Shown here: piece by piece, positions 57,933 to 64,000 of the stretch
How positions within the stretch are numbered: the stretch's first letter is position 1
How the letters are laid out: every line of letters begins with the position of its first letter
NCBI GenBank assembly: GCA_038871515.1
Contig: JAVZHX010000001.1
Span: forward strand, 64,001-128,000
From: Candidatus Micrarchaeia archaeon
GTDB lineage: Archaea; Micrarchaeota; Micrarchaeia; Burarchaeales; Fermentimicrarchaeaceae
Length of the DNA: 64,000 nucleotides
Direction of reading: 5' to 3'
Position numbers and translations under genes: made by a program
The notes under the pieces: generated by a model
Seen by the model: only the letters and a program-made list of their open reading frames with translations
What the model was told of the DNA's origin: nothing
Databases searched by the model: none

Positions 57933-58832
57933 TTATTCATTGAAAGCACTACAGAAACTCCAGAAGTTCTCCCCAAGTTTCTCAAGATAGTAACCTCCTT
58001 CAAGCACTGCAAATGTTTTTGCATTCAGCTTCTTCGCTTGTTTGTTTATCATTGAACCAATTTTGTTATACGTGCTGCTATTCTGAATATCAATTGCATT
58101 CCCGCAGAGATAATCCTTGTAATACGTATCAAACCCAACGCTCACCCCAATGAGCTCTGGTTTGAATTCATCTGAGTATTTAAGAAAATTCCTTTCAAAA
58201 ATTTTCAAATACTCATCATCATTTGTTTCAGGTTGAATTACAATATTTTTTATATGCTCGTTGTTCTCGCTCTCAAAACCAGTTGTATATGGGAAACAGG
58301 TGTTCGGGTCCTGGTGGAATGAGAGGTAAAAAACTCTCTTATCTTCATAAAATATATCCTGCGTCCCATTTCCATGGTGCTGGTCTATATCAACAATCAT
58401 CGCTCTGCCAACTCCCTCCTTCAGCATGGATGCAACTGCAAACGCAATGTTATTAAGATAGCAGAAACCGCCGAAGAAGTTTCTGCCAGCATGGTGCCCA
58501 GGTGGCCTCACCAACGCAAAAGAGAATTTTGGGTTTTTGGCTGCTTTCAAAGCAGCTCCAGCAGCAAGCTTTGCAATCTCAAATGTTTTTTTTGAAAATG
58601 GGTTATCCCCTCCTCCTCTCTGCATCTCTGAAAGGAATTTCAGCCTTTCAATATAGCCCTCCTCATGAACAATATATAAATCGCTTTCATCAATTCTTTC
58701 AGGCAATTCAAAAGAAACAGGCAGGTTGTTCTCCTTGATGTATTTCACTATTGCAATCAACCTTTGAGGGCTTTCGGGGTGCCCTTCTCCAGTCTCATGC
58801 TCCAAAAATTTTTCTGAGTAAACAACTTTCAT
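57933..58832 (-). CDS. Histone deacetylase-family (AcuC/AphA-like) protein
   Basis: HPESPQR, RPPGHHA, GFCYLNN, DIDQHHGNGTQ, LEGGY; the longer ORF-track start overlaps a tRNA. Confidence 0.93.
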   Translation of the reverse strand: MKVVYSEKFLEHETGEGHPESPQRLIAIVKYIKENNLPVSFELPERIDESDLYIVHEEGYIERLKFLSEMQRGGGDNPFSKKTFEIAKLAAGAALKAAKNPKFSFALVRPPGHHAGRNFFGGFCYLNNIAFAVASMLKEGVGRAMIVDIDQHHGNGTQDIFYEDKRVFYLSFHQDPNTCFPYTTGFESENNEHIKNIVIQPETNDDEYLKIFERNFLKYSDEFKPELIGVSVGFDTYYKDYLCGNAIDIQNSSTYNKIGSMINKQAKKLNAKTFAVLEGGYYLEKLGENFWSFCSAFNE

Positions 58833-58845
58833 AAATATCACTAAA

Positions 58846-58932
58846 CGCCAGGGGTGAGATTTGAACTCACACTCCCCGTAAGGGGAACCAGATCTCAAGT
58901 CTGGCGCATTGACCAGATTCTGCCACCCTGGC
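58846..58932 (-). tRNA. tRNA-Ser(TGA)
   Basis: GCCAGGG acceptor, CCAGA-CT TGA GA-TCTGG anticodon arm, long variable arm, discriminator G. Confidence 0.95.
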
Positions 58933-58978
58933 GTGAGTATATTATCTCTTGCCACATTTAAAAAGCATTCAATAAGAG

Positions 58979-59284
58979 TTACTCCAAACTTATTTCAATA
59001 TGCACCGTGTCAGGCACTCTAACCCTCATAATTTGTCTGAGAATTCGCTCATCCCCAACAACGTCAATAACTCTCTTCCTTATCCTCATCTCCCAGTGCT
59101 CATATGTGTCAGAACCATCCCCGCAAGGAGTTCTTCTTGTGGTTACCCTCAGTCTTTTTGTTGGAAGTGGAATTGGGCCTCTCATTTCAACCCCCGCCGC
59201 CTTTGTTATTTCTCTTATCTGATTGCAAACATCGTCAAGCTCTCGCGGGTCCTTGCCTATCAGCTTTATCCTTGCGCGGGTCAT
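58979..59284 (-). CDS. rpsJ: 30S ribosomal protein S10 (uS10)
   Basis: RGPIPLPTKRL...RRTPCGDGSDTYEHWEMRIRKR. Confidence 0.97.
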   Translation of the reverse strand: MTRARIKLIGKDPRELDDVCNQIREITKAAGVEMRGPIPLPTKRLRVTTRRTPCGDGSDTYEHWEMRIRKRVIDVVGDERILRQIMRVRVPDTVHIEISLE

Positions 59285-59300
59285 CTTTAGCACCTTTATT

Positions 59301-59328
59301 TGCTCTCATTACTCAGTAATGAGAAGCA
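59301..59328 (-). other. Stem-loop between tuf and rpsJ, downstream of a U-rich tract
   Basis: TCTCATTAC-TCA-GTAATGAGA 9-bp inverted repeat, extendable by TGC/GCA with one bulge. Confidence 0.55.
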
Positions 59329-59350
59329 GAAGAGAAAAATAAAAAAGAAA

Positions 59351-60619
59351 TCAAGCTGCTTTCGTTACCTCCAGCACCACTCCAGCAGCAACGGTTTGCC
59401 CCATATCCCTTACGGCAAACCTGCCAAGCTGTGGGAACTCGTTGAACTTCTCAACAACAAGAGGCCTCAACGGTTTCACTTTCACAACTGCAACGTCACC
59501 TGTTTTCACAAAGTCTGGATTCTTCTGCAATGTCTGCCCAGTCTTCGGATCCTTCTTTTCAAGTATTTCCGTTATTGTGCACGCCATCTGCGCTGTGTGT
59601 ATGTGGAAAACGGGTGTGTATCCCTTTGCGATTGCTGTTGGGTGCTCAAGCACAACTATCTGCGCTGTGAACTCGCTTGCAACTGTTGGTGGGTTGCTGA
59701 CATGCCCTGCTACCTCGCCTCTCTTCAAATCCTTCTTATCAACTCCTTTAACGTTAAACCCTACGTTGTCACCTGGTTTTGCCTCCTGGAGCGGCTGGTG
59801 GTGCATCTCAATGCTTTTAACCTCTCCCTTTGCCCCAGATGGCATGAAAACAACTGTGTCACCTGGTTTCAGAACACCTGTCTCAACTCTTCCAACAGGT
59901 ACCGTTCCATGCCCCGTTATTGTGAACACATCCTGGACAGGCAATCTCAGTGGTTTGTCTAGTGGTTTTGATGGAACAGTGAATTTATCAAACGATTCAA
60001 CCAGCGTCGGTCCCTTGTACCAATCCATCTTTGTTGGCTTCTTCACAACATTCTCTCCCTCATAAGCAGAGTAGGGAACGAACTGCAAAGCTTCAAGTTT
60101 GTAACCAACGTTTTTAAGCAGTGTGGTAAGCTGATTTTTCAAATCCTCAAACTTCACCCTGTCGTAGTTTACATTATCCATTTTATTTATTCCAACAACC
60201 ATCTGCTGTATCCCAAGCACTTTTGCAAGGAAAGCGTGCTCCTTAGTCTGCGGCTGTATTCCCTCCTTTGCGGACACAACTAGAACTGCTGCATCTGCCT
60301 GAGAAGCACCTGTAATCATATTCTTCACAAAGTCCCTGTGCCCTGGCGCATCAATTATTGTGAAGTAATACTTCTGTGTTTGAAAATCCTTGTGCGCCAC
60401 GTCAATTGTAAGCCCTCTCTCCCTCTCTTCTTTTAACTGGTCCATCGCAAACGCAAACTCAAAGGTTGGTTTGCCAACTTTTTCAGCTTCCTCCTTCAGC
60501 TTCTTCATATCCTGCTCGCTGAGAGAACCGCTGTCAAACAGAATTCTCCCTACCGTTGTGGATTTTCCGTGGTCCACATGCCCAATGAAAACCAAATTTA
60601 GGTGTTCTTTCTCGGCCAT
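59351..60619 (-). CDS. tuf: Elongation factor 1-alpha
   Basis: [46 protein letters not shown]. Confidence 0.98.
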   Translation of the reverse strand: MAEKEHLNLVFIGHVDHGKSTTVGRILFDSGSLSEQDMKKLKEEAEKVGKPTFEFAFAMDQLKEERERGLTIDVAHKDFQTQKYYFTIIDAPGHRDFVKNMITGASQADAAVLVVSAKEGIQPQTKEHAFLAKVLGIQQMVVGINKMDNVNYDRVKFEDLKNQLTTLLKNVGYKLEALQFVPYSAYEGENVVKKPTKMDWYKGPTLVESFDKFTVPSKPLDKPLRLPVQDVFTITGHGTVPVGRVETGVLKPGDTVVFMPSGAKGEVKSIEMHHQPLQEAKPGDNVGFNVKGVDKKDLKRGEVAGHVSNPPTVASEFTAQIVVLEHPTAIAKGYTPVFHIHTAQMACTITEILEKKDPKTGQTLQKNPDFVKTGDVAVVKVKPLRPLVVEKFNEFPQLGRFAVRDMGQTVAAGVVLEVTKAA

Positions 60620-60695
60620 AATATCCCTCCATCATCAAAATTTGACTTTAGAACCATATTGTTTTGAACACGATTATTTTTAAAGGTTTCTGACG

Positions 60696-61547
60696 TTATC
60701 GTTTTGAAAATTCTGATGACAGAGCACCTCCCACCGCGCCAAGCACCGCGAAGAGTATTATCATTGCGATGAGTTTCAGCAGTATGAATGGTAAGGAAAG
60801 CGACAGATCTGTCACGCACAGCTTTATGGTAACATCTGCCAGTGCAGAATCCATTCCGGATGAAACAAGAAATTCACCAGCTTGAACAAACCAATCCTTC
60901 AGAAGCACTGCGTATACCACATTGAAGAGAGTTGCTATAAACGCTGAAACAACCCCACTTAACCCTCCAAAAAGCAACGCATCGCTGTTTTTGATATAAC
61001 CATTTCCAAACTTATCAACCCTCATCTTGAGAAGATGAACTGTAAGAAAACCACCGAGCACTCCCCATACTAAAAGCAAATTCAAAAATGGAATTCCCAA
61101 AAGAAAACCGCCAACTATCCCTCCAAAAATTGTTGAGCTGACTGCTTCGGATGGTTTGACAGATAACTCAACTCTGGCTCTTGGTATTACTTTCTCTCTT
61201 TTCAGTGGAACAGGCTCCATTATACGCTTGGGTATAACAAGCTCCTCAACGCGCCGTGGTGGTTCAAACTCCTTTGGAAGCTCTGCGGAGCATGAGCGGC
61301 AGTAAAGCTTCCCCTCCTTCTCTATTGCGCAGTCCGCGCAGATTAACCTCTTGCAAGCAGAGCATCTTCCAACTGCCTCTGACTTTGGATGGTTGTAGCA
61401 CTTTGTTGTGGCTCCTCTCATCCGAGCGATGCATTCCTGGCAGTATATCTGACCCTCCTCCTCAACCGCGCATTTGGAACAAACGCCTTTGTTGCACGAT
61501 GAGCATATCCCAACTGCTTCTAATTTAGGGTGGTTGTAGCATCTCAT
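60696..61547 (-). CDS. Two B-box-like zinc fingers plus a 4-TM membrane domain
   Basis: Tandem CYNHPKxEAVGxCSxCxxxxCxxC...YCxxC; hydrophobic C-terminal half. Confidence 0.8.
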   Translation of the reverse strand: MRCYNHPKLEAVGICSSCNKGVCSKCAVEEEGQIYCQECIARMRGATTKCYNHPKSEAVGRCSACKRLICADCAIEKEGKLYCRSCSAELPKEFEPPRRVEELVIPKRIMEPVPLKREKVIPRARVELSVKPSEAVSSTIFGGIVGGFLLGIPFLNLLLVWGVLGGFLTVHLLKMRVDKFGNGYIKNSDALLFGGLSGVVSAFIATLFNVVYAVLLKDWFVQAGEFLVSSGMDSALADVTIKLCVTDLSLSLPFILLKLIAMIILFAVLGAVGGALSSEFSKR

Positions 61548-61606
61548 AGTGAAACATATTCTTATGGCTGGTTATTTAAATTTGTATGGGATGAATTATT
61601 ACTCGT

Positions 61607-61681
61607 GGGCCCGTAGCTCAGCTTGGATAGAGCGGCAGCCTCCTAAGCTGAAGGTCGCGCGTTCAAATCGCGCCGGGCCCG
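61607..61681 (+). tRNA. tRNA-Arg(CCT)
   Basis: GGGCCCG acceptor; CAGC-CT CCT AA-GCTG; GTTCAAATC. Confidence 0.95.
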
Positions 61682-61694
61682 TCTCAGTGGTATC

Positions 61695-63029
61695 ATGAGC
61701 TCAATTTTTGGTGTGCTAACCAAGAGAGGTAAGCTAAAGCCAGAAGTTATCAAGGAAATAATTCTTTTTCATAAAGCAAATGGGCCGGATGGATGGGGCG
61801 CGGTTGTTGATGGAAAGTTAGTAAGAAATTATGAGTATAAAGTGGAAATTGATGAATGCAGCTGCATACTCTGCCACACACTTCTTAAAATAAATGATGA
61901 CGAGCTTCAGCCAATTCCCATTAACAATTCATTTCTTTCATTTGATGGATGCGTTTTTTCATCGCTTACAAATAGTGTAAATCAACATGGTATTTTTGAA
62001 GCTGTGAAAGCTGCTGATGGTGAGTTTTCCATCTGGCACTATAAAGAGGGAAGGGTGACACTCCTGCGCGATTCTGTTGGGACAAGACCGCTTTTCTACG
62101 GAGTTAACAAAAACTTTTTTGCTTTCTCCTCAGTGAAGGATGCACTTCACAGGCTTGGAATAATGAATATCACCTCTCTAAAACCAGGAGATGCGCTAAT
62201 CTACGATGGAAAGATGAAGATAGATACATGCAACCCTCTTTCAACTCCCTCTTTTTCCCTTGAGCCAACTTCACTGCTGAAAGATGAGTTAAAAGAAGCT
62301 GTGCTTCGCTCGGTTGAGAAAAGAGTGAAAGGAGTAAAGAAAGTTGGTGTGCTCTTCTCATCAGGAGTTGACAGCGCGCTGATAGCGCACCTTGCAAAAA
62401 ATTTTGATTCTGAATTGTTTCTCTACTGCACTGGAACAGAAAGTTGTGAGGATGTGAGATGCGCTTCGCAGTTTGCTAAAAAAATAGGTTTGGATGTTGA
62501 GCCGATAACACTAAGCGAGGAGCAGGTTATTGAATACTACAAAAAACTCCGCAGTTTATTGCCAAGCAGTGAGCTGATGAGAATTGAACTCGCAATTCCT
62601 ATATTCATCTGCTCTGAGCACGCAAAAAAAGATGGGGTGAGAGTGTTGCTCAGCGGCCAGGGAGCTGAGGAGCTTTTTGTTGGTTATGATAGATACGTTC
62701 AGTGCTTCAGGAGAGGAGGTAATCTTAGAAAGATGCTTTTTGAGGAGCTTAAAGCGCTTCACTCCAAGGATTTGGAAAATAATTGGTATGTGGCTTCAAT
62801 GAATCAATGCCAGTTGCGCTATCCGTTTCTGGATACGGAAGTCATAAGAGTTGCAACTTCAATAAAACCAGAGTTCAACTTGAAGGGAGGAAAGAAAGTT
62901 GTTCTCAGGGAAATATCCAAGGAGATGGGCTTGCCACCTGAAATTTCAGGCAGGCCGAAAAAGGCAGTTCAGTACGGTTCTGGGATACATAAAACGCTCA
63001 TCCGCGCTTTGAGAAAAGGGTTGGTATGA
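61695..63029 (+). CDS. Asparagine synthetase B-like protein
   Basis: RDSVGTRPLFY, PP-loop LFSSGVDS, LSGQGAEELFVGY, LRYPFLD, KKAVQYGSG; N-terminus is MSSIFG. Confidence 0.85.
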   Translation: MSSIFGVLTKRGKLKPEVIKEIILFHKANGPDGWGAVVDGKLVRNYEYKVEIDECSCILCHTLLKINDDELQPIPINNSFLSFDGCVFSSLTNSVNQHGIFEAVKAADGEFSIWHYKEGRVTLLRDSVGTRPLFYGVNKNFFAFSSVKDALHRLGIMNITSLKPGDALIYDGKMKIDTCNPLSTPSFSLEPTSLLKDELKEAVLRSVEKRVKGVKKVGVLFSSGVDSALIAHLAKNFDSELFLYCTGTESCEDVRCASQFAKKIGLDVEPITLSEEQVIEYYKKLRSLLPSSELMRIELAIPIFICSEHAKKDGVRVLLSGQGAEELFVGYDRYVQCFRRGGNLRKMLFEELKALHSKDLENNWYVASMNQCQLRYPFLDTEVIRVATSIKPEFNLKGGKKVVLREISKEMGLPPEISGRPKKAVQYGSGIHKTLIRALRKGLV

Positions 63030-63664
63030 TAAAGTTAAATAACCTTGGAGTAAATAAAATTATGAAAGAGGATAAGCCGTTTGTTTCAAGGAGAGTTGCT
63101 GCCTTTCTCAGCCTGGTGATAATACTTCTGCTTGCACTTGCGCTGTATTTTCTGATGGGAGGAATGAAAGCAGGAGTTGTCAACCCATTCCAACAACAGC
63201 AGCAACCGCAGGAGCAGAAGTGGGAGCTGAGCCCGCTTGTGGCAAAATATGTTAGAGCGAACACCACTCCGCTTCTTGTTGTGAACTGCAGATATGCTTT
63301 TGAGGGTTCGGATGCGCTGGGCGAGCAGAGAGGGAGCTACCCTGCTGGAACGGACAGGGAGAACATAGGGAGAGCCTTGTGTTTTGCAACAAATGACAGC
63401 GCATTCTGCAACGAGTTTAAAGGATTCCCGAAATTTTTCAAAGGAGTTTTGAATTTCACAGACTGCAAGGAAGGAAACAGAAGTGTTATTTACGCATTCC
63501 ACAACCCACTCTGTCCAATCTGCGCTGCTCAGAGGGAGGTGCTTGATGAGTTTAGAATTGAGTTTTACGAAAAACTACGCGTTAAATACATCTGCGTTCC
63601 AACAAGCCAGAGGGGGTATGAAGAATGCGCAAGGCAGTATTCAATAGGAAGGTATGATGGCTGA
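63026..63664 (+). CDS. Membrane-anchored thioredoxin-like protein (CPIC)
   Basis: N-terminal TM helix, Gln-rich linker, FHNPLCPIC; true start may be 63062. Confidence 0.7.
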   Translation: MIKLNNLGVNKIMKEDKPFVSRRVAAFLSLVIILLLALALYFLMGGMKAGVVNPFQQQQQPQEQKWELSPLVAKYVRANTTPLLVVNCRYAFEGSDALGEQRGSYPAGTDRENIGRALCFATNDSAFCNEFKGFPKFFKGVLNFTDCKEGNRSVIYAFHNPLCPICAAQREVLDEFRIEFYEKLRVKYICVPTSQRGYEECARQYSIGRYDG

Positions 63665-63673
63665 GGTGTTTTT

Positions 63674-64000
63674 ATGGTTAAGAAGCAGAGTTATATTATA
63701 TTCATTCTTGCGGTGATTGCAACTGCTGTGCTAACATACATTATTGTAAGCACATATACTCAAAAACCGCAGGAATGCCCTCCGCAGAACTGCACTCCTC
63801 AAATGCCAAAGCAGAAACTTGCAGATGTGAAAAGCTTTATTGGGAGAGTGATGGACAGTTACTCGGATTTGCCTTTTGCGGAGAGAGCAACACCTCGCTT
63901 CCTTCCTGAGGAGGGGGTTTGGGAGGAGGTCGTATTGTTGAACAGAACTGGAAGCGCAAAGCTTGTCAGAATAAGGGTGTATGATTCAAACTTAACTTTG
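63674..64000 (+). CDS. Membrane-anchored hypothetical protein, truncated by the window end
   Basis: GAGGTG SD, then MVKKQSYIIFILAVIATAVLTYIIV... open to nt 64000. Confidence 0.65.
   Translation, partial: MVKKQSYIIFILAVIATAVLTYIIVSTYTQKPQECPPQNCTPQMPKQKLADVKSFIGRVMDSYSDLPFAERATPRFLPEEGVWEEVVLLNRTGSAKLVRIRVYDSNLTL

Noticed and set aside
58833..58955. N-terminal extension of the deacetylase ORF
   Set aside because: It overlaps tRNA-Ser; the true start is ATG 58832.
1..64000. CRISPR arrays, rRNA genes, transposases, integrases and inteins
   Set aside because: None seen: no regularly spaced repeats or matching motifs, and PolD, aIF5B and SMC have normal lengths.

Overview
Gene-dense archaeal chromosome segment, most likely from a DPANN archaeon (Micrarchaeota-like). 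The archaeal call rests on PolD, aIF2-gamma, aIF5B, S6e, Nop5 and CCA-less tRNAs; the DPANN call is inferred from class III signal-peptide pilins and the compact layout. Core genes: smc, scpA/scpB, polB/polC (PolD), argS, glyS, leuS, tuf-rpsJ, infB-rps6e-eif2g, pyrF, trm5, ogg, hppA and five tRNAs (one with a non-canonical 29/30 intron, one with C33). Accessory content includes a type IV pilus/Tad locus with convergent Cys-rich adhesin and pilin-like genes. A stress island next to tRNA-Leu carries an AbiE-type TA pair, a fluoride riboswitch ahead of a prenyltransferase-repeat gene, an ArsR-thioredoxin-permease-antiporter cluster and a frameshifted DUF2703-like gene. The strongest candidates for undescribed systems are: (1) a receptor-like protein (signal peptide, Cys-rich ectodomain, one TM helix, degenerate KaiC domain) adjacent to an intact KaiC ATPase; (2) the fluoride riboswitch with an apparent anti-SD switch; and (3) a family of tandem winged-helix repeats upstream of smc. 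All family assignments come from recognising motifs by eye; no searches were run.
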